Source: Polyangiales bacterium
GTDB taxonomy: Bacteria > Myxococcota_A > Polyangia > Polyangiales > JADJQN01
Direction of reading: 5' to 3'
NCBI GenBank assembly: GCA_964202905.1
Contig: CAXNJO010000002.1
Coordinates: 704,001 to 768,000 of the forward strand
DNA length: 64,000 nt
Numbering within the stretch: position 1 is the stretch's first letter; each line of letters opens with the position of its first letter. The position numbers and the translations under genes are program-made. This document shows, piece by piece, positions 19,062 to 31,094 of this stretch. The notes under the pieces were generated by a model. It searched no databases, was not told the origin of the DNA, and worked only from the letters and a program-made list of their open reading frames with translations.

Positions 19062-21552
19062 GTGTCCGACGACGCCCAGCGCCCGCCCGCCGCACAGGAC
19101 GACGCGCGGCTCTTCCCGGCCGCGGGCGCCGCGCACCTCCGGCCAGCAGGGCCGCTCTTCGCGGGGCGCTACCGCATCGAGGCGCTGCTCGGGCGGGGTG
19201 GGATGGGCGCGGTGTACCGCGCGGTCGACACGCTCGTCGGGGACGTCGTCGCGCTGAAGGCGCTCGACCTCGGCGGCGCGCCGAGTGCGGCCACGATCGA
19301 GCGTTTCCGTCGGGAAGTGCGGCTCGCGCGGCGCATCACGCACCCGAACGTCGCGCGGACGCACGACCTCGGCGAGGCCGAGGGACAGCACTTCCTCACG
19401 ATGGAGTTCGTCGACGGATCGGACCTGCAGTCGGTGCTCACGCGCGAGGGGCGGCTCGCGCCCGAACGCGCGCTGGCGATCGGGCTCGCGATCGCCGAGG
19501 GCCTCGCGGCCGCACATGCCGCGGGGATCGTGCACCGCGACCTCAAGCCCGCGAACGTGCTCGTCGAACGCGGCGGGCGAGTCGTGCTCACGGACTTCGG
19601 CATCGCGCGGGCGGAGCTCGACGAACGCGCCGCGTACCGCACGGCGGGCGCGGTCGGGACGCCGATGTACATGGCGCCCGAGCAGATCCAAGGGGGCGCG
19701 ACGGACGCGCGCACGGACGTGTACGCGCTCGGGCTCGTGCTCTTCGAGCTGCTCGCGGGGGCGCCGCCCTTCGCCGGATCGACGCCGATCGCCGCCGCCC
19801 TCGCGCGGCTCGAGCGCCCTGCGCCCGATCTCCGCCTGCTTGCGCCCATCGACGATGCGCTCGCGTCCCTCGTCGCGGCCTGCCTCGCCCGCGCTCCGGC
19901 GGATCGCCCACCCGACGCGGCCGCCGTCGCGGCCCTCCTGCGTGCGCGAGACGCGAGAGACACGCCACCGACGCCGACGACGACGGCGCCCCTCCCCCCG
20001 GCCCACGACCCGCTCGCGGCGACGATGCTCTCGCTCGCACCCTCGGCCTCGGTGGCGCCCCCCGCCGCGGTGGTCGGGCCCACCTCGGCGCTCGTCCGCG
20101 CGCCCTCGCCGGGCCAGGCGACGCCGCGCACCGGCCACACGACCACGAGCGTCCCGCGCGCGCTCGCGGTGCTGCCCTTCCGCTACCACGGCCCGCCGGC
20201 GCAGGAATATCTCGCGGAGGCGCTCGCCGAAGAGGTGATCGACCTGATGTCCCACACGCGCGGCCTGCGCGTCGTGGGCAGCGGCGCGAGCGCGCGTTTC
20301 AAGGAGGACCGCGATCCGCGGCGCATCGGGACCGAGCTGTCCGTGCACTACGTCGTCGACGCGAGCGTGCAAGCGACGGCGCGCGCGCTGCGTGTCGCGG
20401 CGCGGCTCCTCGACGCCGGCACCGGCACGCAGCTCTGGTCGGAGCGCTTCGAGGGCGCGCTCGACGACGACTTCGAGCTGCAGGATTCGCTGAGCCGCCG
20501 GATGGCGGAGGGGCTGCGCGTCGCGCTCACGGCGGGCGCGGCGCAGGCCGACGCACCGGCGGAGGCGGTCGAGCAGCTACCTGCGCGGCCGCCGGGCGCT
20601 GGCGCAGAGCGCGGCTACGTCGGAGACGGGCGGATCGCGATCCCGCTGCTCGAGGGCGCGCTCGCGCTCGCGCCCGAGCTTCGCGCCGGCGATGGCGAGC
20701 TACGCGATGGCGACGGTGCGCTGCTGGTTCGTACCGGGCCTCGATCCGGCGCGCGATTGGGAAGCCCTCGCGAAGGCGAGCGTCGCGCAGGCGCTCGCGG
20801 AGGCGCCCGATCACGCCGAGACGCATCAGGCGAGCGCGCTCGTGTCGATGCAGCTCGGTCAGCTCCCCGAGGCGGCCCGCTCGCTGTGCCGAGCGATCGA
20901 GTTCGCGCCGACGTACGCCGGCGCGCACCAGTCTCTCGGCTCGATTCTGATCGAGGCGGGGCGCACGCAGGCGGGGCTCAAGCACCTGCGGCTCGCCACG
21001 CAGCTCGACCCGTCGCCGCAGCTCGCGCTCACCGCGATCGCGCGGCACCATGCGCTCGAGGGGGACTGGGAGGCGTTCGACGCCGCGTCGCGCGAGCTCT
21101 CCGCGGTCGGCTTCCTCGGATATCCCCTCCTAGCCGTACGCGCCGCGACGTGGCGCGGCGCTCTCGAGACGGTCCGCCGGATCGTCGCGGGAGAAGCGAA
21201 CACGGCGGCGCCGTTCGTGAGGGTCGCGATGCTCTACGGGCGCGCCGTCCTCGGCGAGGCCGATCCTCAGGACGTGCCCGCGATGCTCGAGAGCACCGCG
21301 AACGGCCCGATGAGCCCGCGCTTCCAGGCCCTCGTCGCGCAGTGCGTCTGCGAGATCCGCGCGGCACGCGGAGACGTCGAGGGCGCAGACGTCGAGCTGC
21401 GCAAGGCCGTCGCGTGCGAGCTCGTCGATCTCGCGTGGCTCGAGCGCTGCCCGGTGCTGGCACCACTGCGTGACCGGAGCGCGTGGCGCGAGGCGCTGCC
21501 CATCGTGCGCGAGCGTGCCGACAGGATCTGGTTCGCGACCGACCTCGTGTGA
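19062..21552 (+). CDS. Ser/Thr protein kinase with TolB-N-like and TPR domains, frameshifted around 20575-20690
   Basis: LGRGGMGAVY, VALK, HRDLKPAN, DFG, GTPMYMAPEQ; LAVLPF...LWSERF; TPR helices continue in ORF 20692-21552. Confidence 0.88.
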
Positions 21553-21618
21553 CGGCGGCAACCATCCGCCGTGATGGCATGGCTCTCGGCGCGAACGACG
21601 ATGACGGTCGCCGTGTCG

Positions 21619-22500
21619 TCAGCCCTTCACGCCGCCCGCGGAGAGCCCGCGGATCAGGTTCCGCTGCAACGCGTAGAAGAGCGCCATCACGGGCAGCGAG
21701 ACGAGCGTGGCGCCCGCCGCGAAGCGCCCCCAGCGCGCGTCGTACTCCCCGACGTAGCGCTGCAGGACGACGGGCAGCGTGAACGTCTCCTCGCGCGAGA
21801 GGAAGGTCGCCGCGAGCACGAACTCGTTCCACGCGGTCATGAAGGCGAAGAGGCACGTGACGGCGAGCGCGGGCCGCGCGACGGGGAGCACGACGCGGAC
21901 GAAGGCGCCGAGCCGCGTCGCGCCGTCGACCATCGCCGCCTCCTCGAGGTCGCGCGGGATGGCCGCGAACGCCCCGCGCAGCTGGAAGATCGCGAACGGC
22001 ACGGCGGTCGTCGCATAGACGAGGACGAGGCCCGTGCGCGTGTCGAGGAGCGAGAGCGCGTCGAGGATGAGGTAGAGCGGGATGCTCGCGGCGACGCCCG
22101 GGAACATCTGCGTCGCGAGCAGCGCACGCTCGCCCGCGCGCGCGCCGACGAACTCGAAACGCGCGAGCGCGTACGCCGCGGGGGTCGCGAGCGCGACCGC
22201 GACGACGGCCGTCGCGCCGCTCACGACCACGCTGTTGAGCAGCTGCCGCCCGAAGAGCCAGCCGCTCCCCGCCTCCGCGTCGAGCCCGAGCACCGCCGCG
22301 AAGTGCACGAGCGATGGCGAGGCCGGCAGCGGCAGCACGCGCGGCGCGGGCGCATCCCCCGGCGAGAGCGCGAGCGCGAGCACCCAGAGCACCGGGTAGA
22401 GCGCGAACGCGACGGCGACGAGCACGAGCGCGTGCACGCCCGCCTCGCCGAGCAGCGCGCGCGCGCCGCGCGTCCCGCGCCCCGCTGCCCCGTCGCTCAC
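21619..22500 (-). CDS. malG: Sugar ABC transporter permease (MalG-like)
   Basis: AAYALARFEF, TQMFP, IPRDLEEAAMVDGA (EAA loop), FMTAWNEF. Confidence 0.85.
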   Translation of the reverse strand: MSDGAAGRGTRGARALLGEAGVHALVLVAVAFALYPVLWVLALALSPGDAPAPRVLPLPASPSLVHFAAVLGLDAEAGSGWLFGRQLLNSVVVSGATAVVAVALATPAAYALARFEFVGARAGERALLATQMFPGVAASIPLYLILDALSLLDTRTGLVLVYATTAVPFAIFQLRGAFAAIPRDLEEAAMVDGATRLGAFVRVVLPVARPALAVTCLFAFMTAWNEFVLAATFLSREETFTLPVVLQRYVGEYDARWGRFAAGATLVSLPVMALFYALQRNLIRGLSAGGVKG

Positions 22501-24753
22501 CGCGCGCCTCCCCGCGTGCCGAGCCGCTCGAGCGCGCGCGTGCCGACCGTGAGCACGCCGAAGATGAGCACCGCGTACGCCGCGGCGTAGCCGAGCTGCT
22601 GCGAGCGCGTGAACGCCCAGCGGTAGGCCTCGCTGACGAGGATGTCGGTGCTGCCATCGGGCTCGCCGCCCGAGACGAGGAAGACCACGTTGAACATGTT
22701 GAACGTCCACACCGCGCCCATGGCGATCGCGGGGCCGAGCGAGGGCGCGAGCAGCGGCCAAGTCACGAGGCGGAAGCGCTGCGCGGCGGTCGCGCCATCG
22801 ACCTCGGCGGCCTCGTAGAGATCCTGCGGGATCGCCGCGAGCGCGCCGAGCGTGACGACCATCATGAACGGGAAGCCGAGCCACACGTTGGTCGCGACGT
22901 TCGCGGCGAAGGCCGTCGACCAGCGCGCGAACCAGCTGATCGGCTCGCCGCCGAGCGCGGTGATCACGGCGTTCACCGCGCCGAACTGCCGGTGGAACAT
23001 GCCCTTCCACGCGAGCGCGGTGACGTAGCTCGGCACCGCCCACGGGAGCACCAGCAGCACGCGGTAGAGCCCGCGGAAGCGCAGCGTCGGGCGGTCGAGC
23101 AAGAGCGCGAGGCCGATGCCGAGCAGCAGATGCAGCGCGACGTTCACCGCCGTCCAGAGCACCGTGACGAGCAGCACGACCCAGAACGACCCCGTCCCGA
23201 GCAGCGCGCCGCCACGCGCGGTGAGCACGTCGACGTAGTTCGCGAGGCCCACGTAGCGCAGCTCCCCCGGTGCCCCCGCGAAGAGCGACGTGCCCGCGCC
23301 GACGGCGAGCGGCGCGATGACGAGCAGGCCCACGGCGATGGCGGCGTGCGCGACCCACGCGTACGCGGGGAGCGAGCGCCGCACCGCGCCGCGGAACTCG
23401 GGATCGCGCGCCCGCCGCACGGCGAGCGACACCGCGAACAGCAGACCGAGCGAGACCGCGAGCAGGAGCGGCGCGGGCGAGCGCGGCGCGGGCAGCGGTC
23501 GCACGAGATCCGCGAAGCGACGCGCGCCCTCGGCGAGCACGTCGTCGGCCGCGCGCCCACCGCGCAGGTAGTTGCGGATCGCGCGCTGCGCGGGCTCGAA
23601 GGTCGCGCGCATGTGCGGGTGCGTCGGCAGCGGCACGCCCGCCTCGGCGGCGCGCCGGAAGGCCGCGAGGAACGGGTCGCCCGCGATCGCCGGCGAGAGC
23701 GACGCCGTGCGCGAGGCCACGACCTGACGCGCGACGCGCGCCCGCACGACGGCGCCCTCCGGCCCCGCGAGAAAGCGCGCGAAGGCCCGCGCGCCCTCGG
23801 GCTCCCGCGCGCGCGCGGCGAGCAGCGCGGCCTCGATCGTGACGAAGGGCACGAGCGGCGCGCCCCCGCGGCCCGCAGGCGCGGCAGCGGCGCGACGTGC
23901 CAGCGCAGCCCGGGCGGCAGGTCCGGCGCGAGCCACGGCCCGCCGATGACCGCGGCCGCGCGCCCCCCCGCGAAGAGCTTCTTCACGAGGTCGCCGGACG
24001 CCTCCGCGGGCACGACGCCATCATCGACGAGGCCGCGCAGCGTCGTGAGCGTGCGCGCCGCAGCGGGGCCGACGAAGGCGTAGCCACCGTCCGCGTCGAG
24101 CAGGCGCCCGCCGAACGCGTGCAGCAGCGCCGCGTCCCAGTAGGCGCTCTCGGCCTCGAACACGAGCGGGTACGTGCCGCGCGGCAGGCGCGTGCGGAGC
24201 GCGGCGAGGTCCTCGAGCGTCGCCGGATCGGCGTCGAGCAGCGCCTCGTTCACGTAGAGCGCGCCGCACTTGAGCGCGAGCGGGAGCCCGTAGAGCGCGG
24301 GACCGACGCGCAGCGCGTCGAGGTGCGCGGACTCGTACTCGAGGCGCTCGCGGACGCTGAGCGCGTCGAGCGGCTGGACGAGTCGGCGCTCGACGTACGA
24401 GACGATGCGTTCATGCGCATCGATGAATAGATCCGGGCCCTCGCCCGTGGGGATGGCGGACTCGAGCTTCGCCGCGTAGGCGCCGAACGCGACGTGCAGC
24501 GCCTCGACGCGGTAGCCGCGCCCCTCGGGCGAGGCCTCGAAGGCGCGCGCCACGTCGCGCAGCGCGCGGGCCTCCGCCTCGTCGTAGGCGTGCCACACGC
24601 GCACCGTGCGCCGCGCGTCCTGTGCGTGGACGCCGACGGGCTGCGCGAGCGACGCGACGCCGGACGCGAGCGCCGCGAGGACGGCGAACGTGCGCGACGC
24701 GAGGGACGCGAAACCCGCCTCGCGCGTCGCCGTCCCGTACGCGCGTCGTCCGT

Positions 24754-24757
<4 letters not shown>
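22497..24757 (-). CDS. Fused sugar-binding protein (MalE-like) and permease (MalF-like), frameshift near 23870
   Basis: VRVWHAY, GEGPDLFI.AHE, LYGLP, IGGPW (ORF 23144-24757) continue into PFV...PLPTHP.M, then permease LPWAVPSYV, WLGFPFMM, DLYEAAEVDGA (ORF 22497-23936). Confidence 0.82.
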
Positions 24758-25836
<1,079 letters not shown>

Positions 25837-25882
25837 GCGCGCCCGAGTCTATCGCAGGGGCGGCGCGGGAAACATCCCGGGA

Positions 25883-26845
25883 TCAGCGGCCGTCCCCCGG
25901 CGTCGCGTGATCGACGAGCAGCGCCCCCTGGCGCGGGTCGAGCGCGACGTGCGAGCGCGCGGCCGCGGGCGGCTCCGCGATCACGCTCCCGCGCGCGTCG
26001 GACACGTGCGCGAGCGCGACCACCACGGCCCGCAGCGCCGCGGGCGCGAGCGGCACGTGCACGTCGCCGCCCGCGCGCGCGACCTCGGCCCGCAGCGCGG
26101 CCTCGACCTCGTCGCGCGAGGGCCCCGCGCGACGCTCACCGAAGTGGGCGGGCGCATCGTGCGCGGCGACGAGCGTGACGAGCGGGACCTCGCCGCCACG
26201 CCGCTCTTCCGCGGCGATCGCCGCGCGGCCGAGGTGCGCGACGTCGTTGAGGCCGAGCACGCGGCCTTCGGGGTGCGCGTCCTCGAGGGAGAGCGTCGTG
26301 ATGGCCGTGTTCGCGAGGCGTGCGAGGCCCTGCGAGGCGCGCTGCCCGCGCCGGCCGAGCGCGCGCGCGACGAGCGCCGAGATGACGCCGCCGTGCGTGA
26401 AGACCAGCGCCCGCCCGCCGGGGGGCACGCGCCCGCGGAGCGCCTCGAGCGCCGCATCCGTCCGCGCCCAGAAGCGCGCGAGCGACTCGCCCCCGCCGAG
26501 CGCGACGTCGAGCCGTCCCGACGCGAGCGCCTCGAGCTGCTCGGGAAAACGCGCCGCGATCTCGGGGCGCGTGAGGCCCTCCCACGCGCCGACATCGGCC
26601 TCGCGCCACGCGGGCTCGATCGTCGCGTCGGGGAAGGCGGCGCGCCCCGTGCGCGACGCCCGCTGCAGGTCGGACGCGACGACGACGTCGAGCGACCAGC
26701 CCGCCTCGCGACGCGCCCGCAGCCGCGCCGCGAGCGCCTCCACCTGCGCCTCGCCGTGCGGCGAGAGGGGCGCGTCGCCCTGCCCCTGCCAGCGGCCCGA
26801 GACGTTGGACGTCGACTCTGCGTGCCGGACGAGGACGAGCTCCAC
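25883..26845 (-). CDS. Histidine phosphatase (phosphoglycerate mutase-like) family protein
   Basis: LVRHAES, SDLQRA..T, E.DVG.WEG, GGES, VFTHGGVI, LND..HL. Confidence 0.85.
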   Translation of the reverse strand: MELVLVRHAESTSNVSGRWQGQGDAPLSPHGEAQVEALAARLRARREAGWSLDVVVASDLQRASRTGRAAFPDATIEPAWREADVGAWEGLTRPEIAARFPEQLEALASGRLDVALGGGESLARFWARTDAALEALRGRVPPGGRALVFTHGGVISALVARALGRRGQRASQGLARLANTAITTLSLEDAHPEGRVLGLNDVAHLGRAAIAAEERRGGEVPLVTLVAAHDAPAHFGERRAGPSRDEVEAALRAEVARAGGDVHVPLAPAALRAVVVALAHVSDARGSVIAEPPAAARSHVALDPRQGALLVDHATPGDGR

Positions 26846-26965
26846 GGCCGGAGGTCTACGCCGCTCACGGTGCCTTGTCGCGGCCCGCCCACCCGTGCTG
26901 CGGGTTCACGTCGAGGGCGCCGCGGATCTTGCGCGGCGCGATGGCCCCGCGCAGCATCCGCGGCG

Positions 26966-28126
26966 ATGTCCGCACGCGCCCTGCCCGCGGTCCGCGAGAT
27001 GATCGCGACGCTCGTCGCCGAACCCTCCCCGAGCAGCGCCGATCCGCGCTTCGACCGCGGCAACCGCCGCGTCGTCGAGCACCTCGCGGACTGGGCGGAC
27101 GGGCTCGGCATGCGGGTCGAGCTGCTGCCGAGCGCGACGAACGACGACAAGGTCAACCTGCTGGCGACGTTCGGCGAGGGCGACGGCGGGCTCGTGCTCG
27201 CGGGCCACTCGGACACCGTGCCCTGGGACGAGGGGCGCTGGCGGCACGACCCCTTCCGCGTGACCGAGGACGACGGCCGCCTCTACGGGCTCGGCACGAG
27301 CGACATGAAGTCGTTCTTCGCGGTCGCCCTCGCCGCGCTCGCGCGTCTCGACGCGGGCAAGCTCCGCGCGCCCGTGATGCTCCTCGCGACCTACGACGAG
27401 GAGAGCACGATGGGCGGCGCCCGCGCGCTCGTCGCGGCGGGCCGTCCGCGGGCACGGCACGCGCTCATCGGCGAGCCGACGGGCCTCGTGCCCGTGCGCA
27501 TGCACAAAGGCGCCGTCATGGAGACGGTCGTGCTCACGGGGCAGGCCGGGCACTCGAGCGATCCGTCGCTCGGGCGGAGCGCGCTCGAGGGCATGCACGC
27601 GGTGATCGGGGACTTGATCGCGTTCCGCGAGGCGTTGCAGGCCGTGCACCGCAACGAGGCGTTCGCCGTGCCCGTGCCGACGATGAACTTCGGCGCGATC
27701 CACGGCGGCGACAGCCCCAACCGCATCTGCGGCGAGTGCGAGCTGCGCTTCGATCTGCGCGCGCTCCCCGGCATGGACGTGCAGGCGCTGCGCACGGAGC
27801 TGCGCGCCCGCGTCGGGCGCATCGCGGAGGCGCGCGGGCTCGCCGTGCGCTTCCCGACGCTGCACGCGGGGACGCCGCCCTTCGAGACGCCCGCGAGCGC
27901 CGCGATCGTCCGCGCCGCGTGCGAGCTGACGGGCCACGCGCCCGGCGTCGTCGCCTTCGGCACCGAGGCCCCGTACCTCACGCAGCTCGGCGCCGAGACG
28001 ATCGTGTGCGGGCCCGGCGACATCGGCCGCGCGCACCAGCCCGACGAGTCGATCGACCTCGCCTCGCTCGCCCCGGCGACGGAGCTCCTCGAGCGCCTCG
28101 CGCGCCGCCTCTGCCTCCCCTCGTGA
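26966..28126 (+). CDS. argE: Acetylornithine deacetylase
   Basis: LVLAGHSDTVP, YGLGTSDMK, DEESTM.GA, IGEPT, GHSS.P, FGTEAP, GPGDI..AHQPDE. Confidence 0.9.
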   Translation: MSARALPAVREMIATLVAEPSPSSADPRFDRGNRRVVEHLADWADGLGMRVELLPSATNDDKVNLLATFGEGDGGLVLAGHSDTVPWDEGRWRHDPFRVTEDDGRLYGLGTSDMKSFFAVALAALARLDAGKLRAPVMLLATYDEESTMGGARALVAAGRPRARHALIGEPTGLVPVRMHKGAVMETVVLTGQAGHSSDPSLGRSALEGMHAVIGDLIAFREALQAVHRNEAFAVPVPTMNFGAIHGGDSPNRICGECELRFDLRALPGMDVQALRTELRARVGRIAEARGLAVRFPTLHAGTPPFETPASAAIVRAACELTGHAPGVVAFGTEAPYLTQLGAETIVCGPGDIGRAHQPDESIDLASLAPATELLERLARRLCLPS

Positions 28127-28146
28127 CCCCCCGGCGAGCCCCGACG

Positions 28147-29469
28147 ATGCGCACCCGCAAAGACCCGCAGATCTTCATCGACTGGTTCCGCCACTCGGCG
28201 CCGTACATCCACGCGCACCGCGCGCGCACCTTCGTCGTCGCGTTCGGCGGCGAGGCCGTCGCGGACGAGGGCGGTTTCCGCAGCCTCATCAGCGACATCG
28301 CGCTCCTGCACAGCCTCGGCGTGCGACTCGTGCTGGTGCACGGCGCGCGCCCGCAGATCGCCGAGCAGCTCGCGCAGCGCGACGAGGAGCCGCGCGTCGA
28401 GAAGGGCATCCCCGTCACGAACAAGGCCGCGCTGCTCGCCGTGAAGGAGGCGGTCGGCATGGTGCGCGTCGAGATCGAGTCGCTGCTCTCGACGGGCGTC
28501 GCGAACTCGCCGATGGAGGGCGCGCGGCTGCACGTCGACAGCGGCAACTTCGTGACGGCGATGCCCGTCGGCGTGCGCGACGGCGTCGACTACGAGTCGA
28601 CGGGCGAGGTGCGCCGCATCGACGCGGACGCGATCCGCGCGCGCCTCGACGCGGGCGCGATCGTGCTGCTCTCGCCGCTCGGCTACTCGGTGACGGGCGA
28701 GACGTTCCGCATCCCGCCCGACGAGGTCGCGCGCGCGGCGGCCGTCGCGCTGCGGGCCGACAAGCTCGTCTGCCTCATCGAGGGCCGCGGCGTCGTCGAC
28801 GCGAGCCGCCGCACCGTGCACCAGCTCACCCCCGCGGACGCCGCCCTGCTCGCCCACAAGAAGAAGCGCTGGCTCTCCGAGGACGCGCGCCTGCATCTGC
28901 GCGCCGCGTCGGCCGCGTGCGCGAGCGGCGTGCGCCGCGCGCACCTCGTGAGCCGCGCGACCGAGGGCGCGCTGCTGCTCGAGCTCTTCACGCGCGACGG
29001 CCTCGGCACGATGGTCACGAGCGAGACGTACGAGGGCACGCGCCCCGCCACGCTCGCCGACGTCGGCGGCATCGTCAGCCTGATCCGCCCGCTCGAGGAC
29101 GCCGGCGTGCTCGTGCGCCGACCGCGCAAGCAGCTCGAGATGGACATCGAGAAGTTCACCGTCGTCGAGCGCGACGGGATGATCATCGCCTGCGCCGCGC
29201 TCTACCGTTACGCGCACGTCGCGGAGCTCGCCTGCGTCGCGGTGCACCCCGAGTACCGCCGCACGGGACGCGGCGACGCGCTGCTCGACTTCATGGAGCA
29301 GCGCGCGCGCGGGCTCGGCGTCGACCGCGTGTTCGTGCTGACGACCCACGCCTCGCACTGGTTCGTCGAGCGCGGCTTCGCGAAGGCGACCGTCGAAGAT
29401 CTGCCCGTGCCGAAGCGGCAGCTCTACAACCAGAAGCGCAACAGCAAGGTGCTGCTGAAGATCCTTTGA
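28147..29469 (+). CDS. argA: Amino-acid N-acetyltransferase (two-domain N-acetylglutamate synthase)
   Basis: WFRHSAPYIHAHRARTFV, LVHGARPQI, LLLELFTRDG.GT, AELAC.AV, FVLTT...HWF.ERGF, RNSKVL. Confidence 0.93.
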   Translation: MRTRKDPQIFIDWFRHSAPYIHAHRARTFVVAFGGEAVADEGGFRSLISDIALLHSLGVRLVLVHGARPQIAEQLAQRDEEPRVEKGIPVTNKAALLAVKEAVGMVRVEIESLLSTGVANSPMEGARLHVDSGNFVTAMPVGVRDGVDYESTGEVRRIDADAIRARLDAGAIVLLSPLGYSVTGETFRIPPDEVARAAAVALRADKLVCLIEGRGVVDASRRTVHQLTPADAALLAHKKKRWLSEDARLHLRAASAACASGVRRAHLVSRATEGALLLELFTRDGLGTMVTSETYEGTRPATLADVGGIVSLIRPLEDAGVLVRRPRKQLEMDIEKFTVVERDGMIIACAALYRYAHVAELACVAVHPEYRRTGRGDALLDFMEQRARGLGVDRVFVLTTHASHWFVERGFAKATVEDLPVPKRQLYNQKRNSKVLLKIL

Positions 29470-29488
29470 AACACGGGGCGCGCGCCCC

Positions 29489-30253
29489 TCAGCGGCTCAC
29501 GTAGCCGCCGTCGGCGAGGAGCGCGTGCCCGGTGACGAAGCTCGCCTCCTCCGAGCAGAGAAAGAGCGTCGCGGCGGCGATCTCCTCCGCGCGCCCGAGG
29601 CGGCTGATGGGATGCAGCGTTTCGGCCGCCGCACGCGCCGTCGGGTCATCGAGCACGCCGGCCCGCGCGAGCATCGGCGTCTCGATGAAGGCGGGGCACA
29701 CCGCGTTCACGCGGATGCCGCGCGCGGCGACCTCGAGCGCGGCCGCGCGCGTGAGGCCGACGACGCCGTGCTTGGCGGCGACGTACGCGCTCGCGTCCGC
29801 GTACGCGACGACCCCGAGGATCGACGCGCAATTGACGATCGCGCCCCCCCCGCCGCGCGCGAGCATGTGCGCGAGCTCGTGCTTGAGGCAGTGCCGCACG
29901 CCGGAGAGGTTCACCGCGAGCACGCGCGCCCAGGCGTCGTCCGGCTGCGTGGCGAGCGGCGCACGCACGCCCTCGATGCCGGCGTTGTTGAAGGCGCAGT
30001 CGATCCGCCCGCCGAAGCGCACCGCCGCCTCCACCATCGCCGCGACGTCCGCGGGCTCCGCGACGTCGCAGCGCACGTAGATCGCCGAGCCGCCCACGGC
30101 GCGGATGTCGGCGACCGTCGTGGCCCCCTCGGCGGCGATGTCCGCGACGACGACCCGCGCCCCCTCGGCCGCGAACGCGAGGGCCGTCGCGCGCCCGATC
30201 CCCGTCGCCGCGCCAGTGACGAGCGCGACCTTGTCCGCGAAGCGCCTCGGCAT
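29489..30253 (-). CDS. SDR family oxidoreductase
   Basis: TGAATGIG, NNAG, YVAAK, NAVCPAFIETP, SFVTG..L.ADGG. Confidence 0.92.
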   Translation of the reverse strand: MPRRFADKVALVTGAATGIGRATALAFAAEGARVVVADIAAEGATTVADIRAVGGSAIYVRCDVAEPADVAAMVEAAVRFGGRIDCAFNNAGIEGVRAPLATQPDDAWARVLAVNLSGVRHCLKHELAHMLARGGGGAIVNCASILGVVAYADASAYVAAKHGVVGLTRAAALEVAARGIRVNAVCPAFIETPMLARAGVLDDPTARAAAETLHPISRLGRAEEIAAATLFLCSEEASFVTGHALLADGGYVSR

Positions 30254-30364
30254 GCCCCACTCCTTGTTGAACGCCGACGAGATACGTACCCACGCGCCTC
30301 ACGCGGGCAAGTCCGCGAGCACCCGAGACGCCGCGCGCGTCGACGCGCGGACGAGCGCGCCCTA

Positions 30365-30379
30365 TTGACCTGCGGTCAA
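30365..30379. promoter_or_regulatory. Palindromic operator, probably for the adjacent TetR
   Basis: TTGACC-TGC-GGTCAA perfect inverted repeat between the divergent SDR and tetR. Confidence 0.65.
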
Positions 30380-30384
30380 CGCTA

Positions 30385-30414
30385 TTGAACGCGGGGCCCC
30401 GGGGGCGCTAGGCT
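30385..30414 (+). promoter_or_regulatory. Sigma-70-type promoter for tetR (probably leaderless transcript)
   Basis: TTGAAC-18 nt-TAGGCT, ending 7 nt before ATG 30422. Confidence 0.6.
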
Positions 30415-30421
30415 GCGCCCC

Positions 30422-31093
30422 ATGACCCAGGCGACCGCACGCACGCGGCTCGGGCTCGACGAGCGCCGCGCGCAGCTCATCGAGCTCGGGCGGACGCTCT
30501 TCAACGCGCGCTCCTACGACGAGATCTCCATCGACGACATCGCGGCCGCCGCGGGCGTGAGCAAGGGGCTCCTCTACCACTACTTCCGCAGCAAGCGGAG
30601 CTTCTACGTGGAGACGGTGCGCGCGGGCGCCGAGCAGATGACGGCCCTCACCGGCGCGGCGGAGTCGTTCCCCCCGGGTGAGCGCCTCGAGCGGGGCCTC
30701 GACGCCTACCTCGATTACGTCGAGGCGAACGCCGCCGCTTACGCGACGCTGTTGCGGAGCGGGATCGGGGCGGACGCGGAGGTCGCCGCGATCGTCGAGC
30801 AGACGCGGCGCGTGCTCATCGAGCGCATCGTGCGCGGGCTCGGCGTCGGCGAGCCGGCGGCGCCGCTGCGCGTCGCGCTGCGCGCGTGGATCGGCTTCGT
30901 CGAGGGCGCGAGCCTCGAGTGGATCGATCACGGCGGCGTGTCGAAGCCCGATCTGCGCGCGCTGCTCGTCGCGGCGCTGCAGGCCGCGGTCGCCTCGGCG
31001 GCCACGCTGCGCGAGGCGCAGCTCCCGCCGCTCCGCCCGCGCAAGCGCGCCGCGGGCGCCGCGCGTCGCGCGTCGACGCGGGGGAGGCGCTGA
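30422..31093 (+). CDS. TetR/AcrR family regulator
   Basis: ERRAQLIELG..LF....YDEISIDDIAAAAGVSKGLLYHYF.SK. Confidence 0.93.
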   Translation: MTQATARTRLGLDERRAQLIELGRTLFNARSYDEISIDDIAAAAGVSKGLLYHYFRSKRSFYVETVRAGAEQMTALTGAAESFPPGERLERGLDAYLDYVEANAAAYATLLRSGIGADAEVAAIVEQTRRVLIERIVRGLGVGEPAAPLRVALRAWIGFVEGASLEWIDHGGVSKPDLRALLVAALQAAVASAATLREAQLPPLRPRKRAAGAARRASTRGRR

Positions 31094-31094
31094 G

